This document shows, piece by piece, positions 33,101 through 41,461 of a stretch of 64,000 bases of DNA. Under the pieces are notes generated by a model. That model was given only the letters and a program-made list of their open reading frames with translations, had not been told where the DNA came from and did not search any database. A program made the translations under genes and the position numbers. Origin of the DNA: Cyanidioschyzon merolae (Eukaryota); NCBI GenBank assembly GCA_000091205.1, contig AP006496.2. One strand, given 5' to 3'. Every line of letters starts with the position of its first letter. The stretch's first letter is position 1.

Positions 33101-33277
33101 GTACGGGAATGTTTGGTTGCCACCAGCGGCGCCGAAGGCGACTCACTTTCGGGTACAGGGCGCCTCGAGAAAGCACGGCAGGTTTGGTTTCCCCTGGAGC
33201 AAGCTGGGCAGTATACAAACGTGGCGCAACGGGTAGCGCAGACGTTACACGACTTGCTACAGCGCCAGGATCGTTAA
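27155..33277 (+). CDS. GCN2: GCN2-like eIF2-alpha kinase: N-terminal RWD domain, Ser/Thr protein kinase domain with a large insert, and a long low-complexity C-terminal region
   Basis: The RWD signature is at the N-terminus (EELEALQAIYGSELRIL...FEVDV...LRFHLPQGYP). The kinase domain spans about 29130..30420: ELLGRGGFGAVVKVRQRLDGRIYAVKIV, HRDLKPTNIFV, IKIGDFGLA, VGTAFYRAPE, with an eIF2AK-style insert between subdomains. The 2040-aa ORF is uninterrupted. I could not recognise a HisRS-like region by eye. Confidence 0.8.
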   Translation: MAMGAAEARSEELEALQAIYGSELRILSDDDELHFEVDVHVASANQPANDALGVRLRFHLPQGYPSGGWRARARVGVSAGPASTQKWSLSPNDLEVLRRKIQSLCEEAARARTSVGYEVVELARTFLREYLEASHDLGEAGTIVRPLHEAMLEREQRQFEEQERAELERTAQQRERLERLQQQREEAERLQTLEALAAEERLARKLQYQRMAESSTAVDEDGHCTAEGGSGIATNAHPWDVPPSWTILEALRETLQQQSERRVARDLDDVSIWSGHQDDLDAERSEHSDGDATAQPAAAYERVSSVAAWEAASYGVSQGIRSSWLSLGSLRTSSSSPSSSLSHSMRSASSDDSSIAVAEFPRALRKGKHPSQSASVSGSPSTSENTGIFADWCWTHSKPHRSSACGTSTDASSASKSGCSASASTKTSPAQQTLPGTAAKSGSERARRSRRRRSRRHHHHHHDRVPSSTYTVQQEHQQQVLKWFLESLCAQMTPDEAAAACARWHRKLGIVLERSAAAASASEDCDDDRIQGIPSAPLMIQLNDDRDVDGSVTNLLSFGEALTRKAPDRLEATVKRVLGSTAWHYCRQFVHGERFRKTSHGRAQQSLQSGQEKERKAPLSLTSHTHAQHTLQFGHGEERRHRSLLQGNVPPAGTRKRTSRFETDFDMLELLGRGGFGAVVKVRQRLDGRIYAVKIVPLHRKDLEDPRILRETTTLSRLAHPRCVRYYGCWVEPIDVLRFSEALSSARTGAQDSQRALGAASAANTSAAQYQAQQQQQQPSLSLASLVLREQLSYSMPSSDTTGATSAGPESSSAIVAFLFIQMEYCPRTLRAFIDQDLDAGTDLWQVFRQIVEGVEYLHSLMLIHRDLKPTNIFVGGPRVSSSPSQGTLGDRLSHTWTETESISIKIGDFGLATTLSVASLRRAPGAAEATNARGTADAASADGAGETSAALELTRSVGTAFYRAPELSMRPASNEQDTEQPISSSPTYDTKVDIYALGVILFELFYGPMQRTAATAAPGCKTSGDGSSSVTEHERFVILTNLRERLQVPAAFAEKLPRQTRLIRLLMAKNPDERPSAKQLLKMLPVKVEHEYWSELLQAVADPVSTVDRRLRTRVIGALFEGALRGAAPLVRKRDIHQAPGESSHASSGAAHGIVHSCLEASPVAWNCLHQAVAVLQRHQSVAFVLQHHVDASVLDSRIANGLRRVNTTEAHRTRHQLGSNGTGGVESAQRLVRAGTEGVAGYSQAAAAGRRAATPVLLPTGEYVWLPAERFHDFLEQWMSSSAAVEALTRASIAPPLRFHRVATVWGWRSLDAPRSFDDPLAGCAYLEALFEAPGLSKSAPANIRSGERLVQRRSGAMSAAASVHVSSSSSSSSLACRVRSNESSMQASRSSSMGTVASDEQLHGAASALWWHSTSAERHELFATTLLEFDELQLKLRRRRWRRRRRQRQRRGQETTSALLLVDAELLFMATSLLWPYCPSTGPMKLVSTAEQRTSGTSTSTGRRGSKARQRQNRRGTHSASTGAASASASAASGSASVSTTSVEKVLIRIGHTGLTRALTRALLTGSSSSSSSSSSCSNSNVYRALEYEDVGDQAGALAQLRAALHQHLRLGWNGLLRLLATATEHPWNKPSAQTARRHAEQLVHACQQLAPLSMLQQLATSTAVLVTGGQAAFVQAALVQLERVLCQWALLLDHGEWLAPFGVSLEAAATTTTTTATATVVVARDAADTPGMSKAPVAQPWPPQGPVRVLVDPFLWPVGAASLERFTSSDQVCFEASLITTGETGTRHVRPVLWGGHWQRGFRAPQPAPASAATKASKGLSMPAPLTLPELYGCGFVVDLSLLAAVATMGLTSSLDLSSRLLASVYVGMLRESTATTVARAASASVMYLVLLGHLWRQGWCCIPDDNDDDDDNHGDEVDDNNVGDEDDHHDDDDDDDEHSGNDTHGLAGRSLHEHLQRAGARSCRFLVLIRAHDASVLVRECLVATSGAEGDSLSGTGRLEKARQVWFPLEQAGQYTNVAQRVAQTLHDLLQRQDR

Positions 33278-33718
33278 GCGGTATCCGCACAGGGTGCTGA
33301 CGAGGCGGTGAAGCACTGCTGCTCGAGGTGCGGCTACGGGCGTTTGTCTGTGTGTGTGTGTGTGTGATCCACGTTTCTTCGCTGCCTGCTCAGTCATCGA
33401 GTCGTCGTCGTCCGTAGAGGCATCACCAAACGATGCTGTCTTCGCATGGCAATGATGGAAAACGCAGCTGCTGCTGCATCTCTGCATGGACATGAGCTCC
33501 AGGTCTCTGAGAAACACTGATATGGAGCTCGTGAAACCTCCAAGTGCTGGCAAGGTTCGCGAGCTTGCACCCCTGGTTACAGGCAACACCTGGTGTATCC
33601 GAGGCGATACTGCATTGTTCCGCAGAATCCGCTATATCAAAAGCAGGGTGCTGCTGCTGCTGCTGCTGCTGCTACGTCGCGTCGCGTCGCGTCACGAACG
33701 TTCACACTCCTATTGGTG

Positions 33719-35167
33719 TCAAGTTTGGCGTTGGCGTCGGACCCATGTCAATAGGTCCCGCTGGTTAATCAGTGGAAGTTGCGTAGAGGAACGGGAGGAG
33801 GTTTCAGGCAGCGCGGCATCACTGACGACTCGATAAAGCGCTCGTTTGGATCGAAAGTACTCGCGAAAATCGTTCAAATCCCAGTGCAGCTCGCGAACGG
33901 AGCGATTCGATACAACAGACCCTTTCGTTGCGCTCTGGTTTCCCGCGACTAGTAGGAAAAACAAATGGACTTGGTCACGGGCTTTGGCGTAGGTGTAGCC
34001 CATGTCGGAGCGACCATCGCGGTGTTGCTTCAAAAGTTGGACCAGAGCAGTGCGACGAGCTTGCGCGACGGCAGCCGGCTCGCGCTGTTGCTTTGTGATA
34101 AACGCAGGTTGGTTAGCGAACGACGACACCGATGCAACAGCAGACTGCCGCAGTCCAAAATGTGCACTCATCGATCGACACCAGTGTGGACGGGCAAGCG
34201 AATGCTGCGCATACGCATGATCCGCCAGTGCAGTTTCGTGGATCCAGTCATCCGGTGCGGCGGGGCTCGGGGCTTCTCGCGCGTCGCCGGCGCTATCCGC
34301 ACCACCGAGGAAACAACTTCGACAGACTGGGAAGCAGAGCGCGCGCTGCGCTGGACAGTCACGACAAGGTGGTGACGAGGTATCCGTCGCCATGGCGATG
34401 CACCATGCGTCCCAGATGTAGAAGAGGTCTGGCTCGCTCTGTCGAACGCCGCAGCAGTGACAAGGTTCGTGGTATCTCAACAAGCCGTCTTGGGCCAGCT
34501 TCGCTGGAGAGCGTCCAAGGCCAGCGCGGACCCGTGTTCCGCCGATCCGTGACCAGCTTCGCACCGTGTAGAGCGCCCGGCTGAGGGAGCATCCGAACAC
34601 TTGCGCGGCAAGTGTGGTCCAGAAACTGGACCATCGAGCATAGGGAAGCGTTTCGCAAGCCGCTGCACATGCGCCACGTTTCCCACAACTGCCTTGTCCG
34701 CGTTCCAGGACCTCTGCCCAGGTAGGATAGGCGCTCACCAGGGCGTACACGCTGCGCTGTGCCAGCCAGAGTCGCTCGGTTGCACGTCGACTTTCCACAG
34801 CGCTCGGAACTATACATTCAGACTGTGGGTGATTATCATCACAGTTAAAGCTATCGTCAACGTCAACGAACAGGTGGTAGAGAATGCGCAGCCGCAGTTC
34901 CACGGGCAACGTGGTGAAAGGGTCCTTCGCCGCAGTCTCGGGGGCAGCTTCTCCTGCAGCTGAGCGCTGCACCAGACTCCAACGCGGACGCCTTTTCGCA
35001 GACGATTCGAAAGGCACCTCAGCGCCATTGTTACTCGGTATTTCAATCAAATCTTGCAGAAGCAGATTCGTTCCACGTAGCTGGGGTAAGCGCCAGGGTA
35101 CGGTGCGCGACATGAGCGCTGCACAACTACCGCGTGCCTTCAAGTGCAGGAGTCGTACTGGGGACAA
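33719..35167 (-). CDS. F-box-like protein (hypothetical)
   Basis: DPFTTLPVELRLRILYHLF is an F-box consensus (LP.EL...I...L). The remaining 400 aa are Cys/Trp-containing with no recognised domain. It is convergent with the kinase gene across a (TG)n/(GCT)n microsatellite gap. Confidence 0.4.
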   Translation of the reverse strand: MSPVRLLHLKARGSCAALMSRTVPWRLPQLRGTNLLLQDLIEIPSNNGAEVPFESSAKRRPRWSLVQRSAAGEAAPETAAKDPFTTLPVELRLRILYHLFVDVDDSFNCDDNHPQSECIVPSAVESRRATERLWLAQRSVYALVSAYPTWAEVLERGQGSCGKRGACAAACETLPYARWSSFWTTLAAQVFGCSLSRALYTVRSWSRIGGTRVRAGLGRSPAKLAQDGLLRYHEPCHCCGVRQSEPDLFYIWDAWCIAMATDTSSPPCRDCPAQRALCFPVCRSCFLGGADSAGDAREAPSPAAPDDWIHETALADHAYAQHSLARPHWCRSMSAHFGLRQSAVASVSSFANQPAFITKQQREPAAVAQARRTALVQLLKQHRDGRSDMGYTYAKARDQVHLFFLLVAGNQSATKGSVVSNRSVRELHWDLNDFREYFRSKRALYRVVSDAALPETSSRSSTQLPLINQRDLLTWVRRQRQT

Positions 35168-35200
35168 GGAAATGCGCGCCGGATCGACGCGCCGGCTGGC

Positions 35201-35935
35201 GCTGCGGTTGCGATTTCAAAAATGGATCGTGGGATTTTCCTCAGTTTCATAGAATATATACGTAAATATACATCGATGTTCAAGACTGACAGTGCTGCGG
35301 TTGCGATCTCAAAAATGGATCGATGGGATTTTCCTCAGTTTCATACAATATATACGTCCATATACATAGGTGTTCAAGACTGATAGTGCTGCGGTTGCGA
35401 TCTCAAAAATGGATCGATGGGATTTTCGTTCGTTTCATAGAATATGTACGTAAATATACATCGATGTTCAAGACTGACAGTGCTGCGGTTGCGATCTCAA
35501 AAATGGATCGATGGGATTTTCCTCAGTTTCATACAATATATACGTCCATATACATAGGTGTTCAAGACTGATAGTGCTGCGGTTGCGATCTCAAAAATGG
35601 ATCGATGGGATTTTCCTCAGTTTCATACAATATATACGTCCATATACATAGGTGTTCAAGACTGATAGTGCTGCGGTTGCGATCTCAAAAATGGATCGAT
35701 GGGATTTTCCTCAGTTTCATAGAATATATACGTCCATATACATAGGTGTTCAAGACTGATAGTGCTGCGGTTGCGATCTCAAAAATGGATCGATGGGATT
35801 TTCCTCAGTTTCATAGAATATATACGTCCATATACATATGTGTTCAAGACTGACAGTGCTGCGGTTGCGATCTCAGAAATAGACTGATAAGATTTTCCTC
35901 AGTTTCATAGAATATATACGTACATACGTCACGTA
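35201..35935. repeat. 94-bp tandem satellite, ~8 copies, with two alternating sequence variants
   Basis: The unit gctgcggttgcgatctcaaaaatggatcgatgggattttcctcagtttcata.aatatatacgt..atatacat.g.tgttcaagactga.agt starts at 35201, 35294, 35388, 35482, 35576, 35670 and 35764, with a degenerate copy at 35858. Variant a (..gtaaatatacatcgatg..gacagt) and variant b (..gtccatatacataggtg..gatagt) follow the order a-b-a-b-b-b-b. ORFs 35144..35383 and 35323..35571 are artefacts of this array. Confidence 0.95.
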
Positions 35936-37734
35936 TACAGACCAGAGATCTCCGAAGGCGCGCTTGCTACCAACGAATGGAAAAGTATCCATTGTTCCAC
36001 ACGTTACTTCCAAGTACTGCTACCCATACGTTCAGTCGGAGGTATGTATCGATGGATGCAGCCAACGTGACGCTAGGATGTGTGTCGCGTAGCGCTTTGA
36101 GGCCTTCCAGCGAGGCTCGCTCCATATCCGTTTGCCTAATATCCTGCTGGGTACTTCGTTCGTTTGCTAATGCGCCTGCGAGCCTGCTTGCTGCTTCGCG
36201 CATCCGCCAGGCCGTTGTCTGCTGTTGCACGCCGTCTTCCACAGAGGGCCAGGTATGGTACGAATCGTTCTGCTGCGTCCATACGTCTCGTGACAAGTTC
36301 AGCATGAAACGCGAGCGAGCACATCTGGCTTTGCTTATCTATCCCAGTAAGTGTGTCGCATAGCAGGTGATATCCGATGGGGCGTCAATGAAAATAACGT
36401 TTGCTCCAGGCGGACGCAGGCGTTGTCGCAAGTACGCCCCATGCTGGATGTGGTACTTGATCGCGTGCATCGATCACAAGCATGAGCATTAGCGTGCGCC
36501 GCGGTCTCATTTCACTCGTGAACCCTCTACCAGACGAATGGAGCACGATCGGCACCTGGAGATTTACGAAGGCCGGCGTTTTCATTTGCATGGCTGAGCA
36601 GGGCCGCAGCCGGTGCCTCTTGGTTTCCGAGTCGCTGCGAAGACCTCGGAGCTACGTTCTGCTGCTGGGAGTATTCGAACGCCTCCAAGATGCGTGCGTG
36701 CGTGCGTGCGTTTTTTGCTCGACTGCTCGTGTTACCGGTGCCCGAGCCGCCGATGCTTGCGTCACCGTTGCTGACGCAATGACGTCGTTTTCCGAGCAAC
36801 GTCTCGAGGAATAACGGGCACAAGCGAACGTTATGACGCAAGCAAGTGCTGAAAGCTCCGGATTTTCGTTTCTGCTGCATCGCTCTCGGTTCCGTGAAGT
36901 GTCTGACGCTCCACAAACCGATGGGATTGCGAATAGATACGCGTTAGAGCGCTTCCATGATGCTAGTTTGCTCTGACGATATCGAGCGTAGGCGTTCGAG
37001 TCTAAAAGTGATATGCATCTCCTCGCATTGTATGGAAATGGTTCTTCTGCTCAGGCGCACCGAAAGCGCGCCACTGGTGCGGCATTCGGGAAAGAGTCTG
37101 TCGCGCCTGATCGCTGGTCCTCGCAGTCCGCGAGACCCGGGCGTCCGCACGGCGCCATAAGTGCCGCACAGGGCGTTCACGGGCGGCATTCGGCACCTGC
37201 AGGACCGCTTGAGGGCGCCAGAGTCTCCGAATCGACGAACCGATCATTGTGACCTGTGGATTTCAAGGTCTGACTCGGACCGATGGACGCACTCCCGGAT
37301 ACGGATAACCATTGGAACGCAGAGGATCCATGGTTCGTGGAAACGATCCTATAGTCTTTCACCTCATTGGTGTTCCATCTCCAGGTTGCTTGTCATCAAA
37401 TGCCGCTTCATTAGGTATACCAGAAGCTTTCAAAGTGCGTTCGTTTCCGAAAATACAAAATCCAAGGGATAGGTATGGAGATGCACGTCGGAGATCTTGG
37501 AGGACCGTCATCGCCGGGTGCCGGAGAAAAACACCGGGGGAAGATGCCTTCTCACTCACCATTGAGCGGAGAGGAGCAGCCAACGAGGAAGATGAAGGAG
37601 AAGCGGGGGAGAGATCGGCGAGAAAAAGAAGTTTATCGGACGGGACGATGACGAGTCTGTAATGACAATGAGGGTACGAGTTCTAGCAATGCTTCCACCT
37701 GTGCGTTCAACTATCGGCAATAAACGCATGAAGT

Positions 37735-37905
37735 TCGTGAACCTAGACTTTTACGCCGCCATCAGTATCAGGAGATGTGCAGAGCTGAACACGAGACCCG
37801 CGGAGCTGAGGCGATCCAACTTTCTGGGCCAGCTTTTGATGCTCGAACTGTGCAAGTAGAAATTGAGAGCGATAGCAGGGGGCCGGTCTAAAAACACTGG
37901 GAAAC
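37735..37905 (+). repeat. 160-bp dispersed conserved element, copy 2
   Basis: See 17895..18065; same orientation, about 75% identity. Confidence 0.6.
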
Positions 37906-38454
37906 TCCTGTGAATAAGCATGAATTTAGACTGTATGATCTTGGGATATATTTCGTTTCGCGGGTCGTCACACACCGAAAATCATACTGCCCCGACATAC
38001 TGTTCCAGGGCGAGCGCTGCCGCCTCCTCGATCCGGCGAGCGGCCAATAGGAGCAGAGCGCGCGACGCTGTCCCTAAATACCATATTCGTCCCATTATAT
38101 TCATTCAAGTACATTTATGAACAGATGCTCACGGGGTGCAGGCCGCGTCCCCAGGCGCTCGCCCTCTCCTCAATCCAGCCGCTGATCGATACGCCTACTG
38201 GCCAGGTTCTGCAGACTTTTGCTGGCGCTGCGCACCTTCAAAGTCAGGACGTCGAGAAGCACACTTTGTGCAGCAACTGCCACTGCCACGGCTGTTGCTT
38301 CGGGCACGACTTGTTGGGAAACTGCAATCTGTGAGCATCTTGGTTTCTGTCTACTTCATAACGCCTTTACCCCGGATAGGCGTTCTCAAGCGCGCGATAA
38401 CCCCCTGCTGCAACGCCATCGGAAGCACGGATCGCGTGACGCCCCACAGGTTCG

Positions 38455-38925
38455 ATGCGTCGACAGCTCCTCGTACAGTGTCCGAACGGACGTATAGTCT
38501 CCACGAATGTGTTGGCGACGGACTCCCTCGCGGTTGTCCTGTCGCGAGTCACCGGTCTTGACGCCGACGCCGTCTACGGCACCGTGGCTGGTGGCCGACC
38601 AGTAGCGACGCTACGCGACGCGCTGGTAAACTTCACGGATCCAGAGGCGCCCATCGTGATTCAAGCTCATGTGCGGGTGCTTGGCGGTGGAAAGAAACGG
38701 AAGAAGAAGACATACACTACGCCGAAGAAGATCAAACACAAGCACAAGAAAGTGAAACTCGCTACACTGAAATATTACGCAGTGGACGATGCGAACAAGG
38801 TGACCCGGCTGCGGAAAGAATGCCCAAACGAGAGCTGTGGGGCAGGCGTTTTTATGGCTCAACATCGGGACCGCATCTACTGTGGAAAATGCGGACTTAC
38901 CTACGTCCAGGAGGACAACGCGTAA
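38455..38925 (+). CDS. RPS27A: Ubiquitin-like / ribosomal protein eS31 (S27a) fusion with a strongly diverged ubiquitin moiety
   Basis: The C-terminal half, [71 protein letters not shown], is canonical eS31 including its zinc-ribbon cysteines. The N-terminal 79 aa ([19 protein letters not shown]...[13 protein letters not shown]) have beta-grasp-like periodicity and the GG cleavage site but only about 25% identity to ubiquitin. Confidence 0.85.
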   Translation: MRRQLLVQCPNGRIVSTNVLATDSLAVVLSRVTGLDADAVYGTVAGGRPVATLRDALVNFTDPEAPIVIQAHVRVLGGGKKRKKKTYTTPKKIKHKHKKVKLATLKYYAVDDANKVTRLRKECPNESCGAGVFMAQHRDRIYCGKCGLTYVQEDNA

Positions 38926-39169
38926 GCACGGCGCTCTAGCCGCACTCGAAGGAAGAAGCATGTTACCACGTGCACGCCTATCGATCAGGTAAAACTGCAG
39001 ACTTTCGTTTAGAGAGACCGCCACTGACGCTGGCAGGTTTGCGTACGGTCACCCGCGGCAAGCTCCGACCGCAGCCACGCGGCAGGTGCAGCCACGCGCC
39101 CGCTGCCCGCTGCAGCTCACGAGGACCTCGTTAGCGTGCAGGCAGTGCATCGTATTGCACTCGCTGCCG

Positions 39170-39568
39170 CTATGCACGCCGCTCGCCTGGTGGCCGGCCC
39201 GCACCAGCCTCTGTGCGCGTTCCGAGAAGGATGCCCTCGACGTCGCGGTCGCCCCGCCGCGGCGCCCGGGGAATAGTCCGCACTCGACGCTCCTCCTTGG
39301 GCCGAACCCGAACTGTTCGCCGGTGCACTGCACAGGAGACACAGTAGCGTATCTTCATGTACTGTTTGGGCAGCACGTAGTTCTCTATGCATGACGCCTC
39401 CGCGAGATCTCTCAGCGCGCTCGCCTCAACGAGGTTCTTCACTACGAAGCGTTGAATGGCCTTATCTTTCCGAGGACGACCCCCGCAACCGTCACAAATA
39501 ACCGGCCTCGCTTTTCCTCTACCATGACAACCGCCTTTCCTACCGTGATTTCTCCTTTTCTTCACCAT
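39170..39568 (-). CDS. RPS26: 40S ribosomal protein eS26
   Basis: MVKKRRNHGRKGGCHGRGKARPVICDGCGGRPRKDKAIQRFVVKNLVEASALRDLAEASCIENYVLPKQYMKIRYCVSCAVHRRTVRVR matches eS26 ([87 protein letters not shown]). Confidence 0.9.
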   Translation of the reverse strand: MVKKRRNHGRKGGCHGRGKARPVICDGCGGRPRKDKAIQRFVVKNLVEASALRDLAEASCIENYVLPKQYMKIRYCVSCAVHRRTVRVRPKEERRVRTIPRAPRRGDRDVEGILLGTRTEAGAGRPPGERRA

Positions 39569-39825
39569 GTTCGAACGTTACAATGCCACAAATACGAACG
39601 AATAAAAGACTCCAGTTTGGCGAGCACTGCTGTCTGCGGATCGACCGGCGTTGCGGGGCGAAGGCGCGGCGCACCCCTGCAATGTCACGTGACATCCTGC
39701 ACGCATCGCACAACGCTTTCGCGCACGCTTCCAAGCGACGCTTTCGTAGAGCGCTTTGCACTGGAGCTCACCGGGTGCCCAGGTGTACTTGTCGTCGACC
39801 AGCACCGTATCTGTGACCGGGAGCT
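39569..39825. promoter_or_regulatory. Shared divergent promoter region between eS26 (-) and the ATP synthase delta gene (+)
   Basis: A 257-bp intergenic interval lies between two head-to-head start codons. No motif is assigned; this is inference from gene arrangement only. Confidence 0.3.
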
Positions 39826-40383
39826 ATGAACAAGTGGCTCCGTCCAGCGCTGAGAACGACTTTGCGGCTCTGGCGGCGCCAATGGAGCGCGGAAGCGACA
39901 AGCGGTGCGTCTGTGTCAACAGGGGCCAGTTCGCCGTCGAGTGAAGAGGCCGGACGCGTGACACTCAACTTCTTCTGCCCGCACCAGGTGATAGCGAAAA
40001 ATCGACAGGTGGTTTCCGTGATTGTTCCGGCTGCGTCTGGTTTGATGGGAATTCTGCCGAACCACGTTCCGACTGTGGCGCAGATGCGCCCCGGTGTGGT
40101 GACGATCATCGGCGACGGCGGCGCCGAGGAGCGATATTTCGTCAGTAGCGGCTTTACGTTTGTGCACCCGGATCGCACCGATATTTGTGCCGTGGAGGCT
40201 GTGCGAGTCTCAGATATTGATCCAGAGGAGGTATCCAAGGCGCTGGCGGACTGCGAGGCTAAACTGGCTTCGTCGTCGTCGTCGGCAGCAGCGGGCACTG
40301 CCGAGGCGCAGCGAGCTGCAGTCGCGCAAATCGGCGTTGACGTGTACCTGGCTATGCAGGGTGTGGTTTCCGGAACCCGCTAG
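39826..40383 (+). CDS. ATP5F1D: Mitochondrial ATP synthase F1 delta subunit (homologue of bacterial epsilon), nuclear-encoded with a presequence
   Basis: VTLNFFCPHQVIAKNRQVVSVIVPAASGLMGILPNHVPTVAQMRPGVVTIIGDGGAEERYFVSSGFTFVHPDRTDICAVEAVRVSDID matches the delta/epsilon beta-sandwich plus C-terminal helix. The N-terminal MNKWLRPALRTTLRLWRRQW is an amphipathic Arg-rich presequence. Confidence 0.8.
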   Translation: MNKWLRPALRTTLRLWRRQWSAEATSGASVSTGASSPSSEEAGRVTLNFFCPHQVIAKNRQVVSVIVPAASGLMGILPNHVPTVAQMRPGVVTIIGDGGAEERYFVSSGFTFVHPDRTDICAVEAVRVSDIDPEEVSKALADCEAKLASSSSSAAAGTAEAQRAAVAQIGVDVYLAMQGVVSGTR

Positions 40384-41461
40384 GCATGAGAGCGTTCAAT
40401 TTGAATGAAGATGTCCCGCTCGGTTCGTGCTGTTGAACGCGACGAGAGCATGGCGCCACGAACGGAACGTCCACGGCGGGATTCGTAGGCCCGCATGCGC
40501 TCGACTTTGCGCCTTCGCTTCAGGCAGTGATACGCGGTTCGGATTGGCGTTTTATTGTCGAGCTTGTGTCACGTTAGGCATTGGTGCATTGCGCATGCCT
40601 CGCGTCCAAGTCAAGAGGAAGCATGAGCCTCCGAGTAGGTTGTCCGGTCTGCGGTTGATGCTTCGGCGGTGAGCATGCAGCTAATGCAGCGCAGTTTACA
40701 GCGCTGGTGCAGTACGCGGTGCTTTGAACTCTGGGGATTCGCGCGGAGAACATCGCTGCTCGTGTGCGAGAGCGTCCACTCATATGGCAGGACCCTCGCC
40801 CGTTTGATCGGTACGATGGGCCGAAGAACGGCATTGATAGGCGGTGCAAATCAAGATTGCAGTTATCAACGGACGTATGCGGCGATCGCTCGAACGAGCG
40901 AGCTGCCGACATTTGCCAGTGGTACAACACGAAGCCCGAGAATACCGGTGCGGCCCACGTTCCAGCACTGTATTGATGGCTCGTACCGGGCTATGCACCC
41001 ATCACAGGAAATCTGCTCTGCAGCAGCAGCAGATGAATCCTTGGTGACGCCGCGCAACATACATCGAAGATAAAGCCGTGCAGCGAATACATGGAAAGCT
41101 TCTTTGTTGTCGCCACGACTTGCGCGCTTCGTAGTTCGACATGGTGGTCAGAGTCCAGGTGCATGGGTTTACCGGCATGACTTCGAGACGCTCACCGTCC
41201 CGAGCGCAGAGCAGACAGCGCGACTGGCCCTTAGTGCAGTGGATTCAAGCACAAAAATCTACGCGATTTCAGTATCGGTGCAGAAATCCCGCATACGAGC
41301 AGGACGACATCTCGACGCACTACTCGACACTGAACTTATCTGTGTGCGAGCTCCCACTGATCCTTTAACTCCAGAGCAAACCGAACCCAGATCACGCCCC
41401 GTTCGATATACGCGCATCATACTCTATGTTGATACCGTGGACTGGTCGCTGGCAACAGTAT

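Noticed and set aside
30420-33277. HisRS-like tRNA-binding domain expected downstream of the GCN2 kinase domain
   Set aside because: I looked for class II aaRS motifs by eye and could not find them. I therefore did not annotate this domain, and recorded the absence as an open question instead.
35144-35571. ORFs 35144..35383 and 35323..35571 predicted as proteins
   Set aside because: They lie entirely within the 94-bp satellite array and are periodic translations of the repeat unit. They are artefacts of the repeat, not genes.
35201-35935. Possible CRISPR array, since the tandem repeats are regularly spaced
   Set aside because: The units are directly abutting with no unique spacers, and the genomic context is eukaryotic (cullin, VPS28, eIF2-alpha kinase). 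It is a satellite or minisatellite, not CRISPR. The same reasoning applies to 16531..16828.
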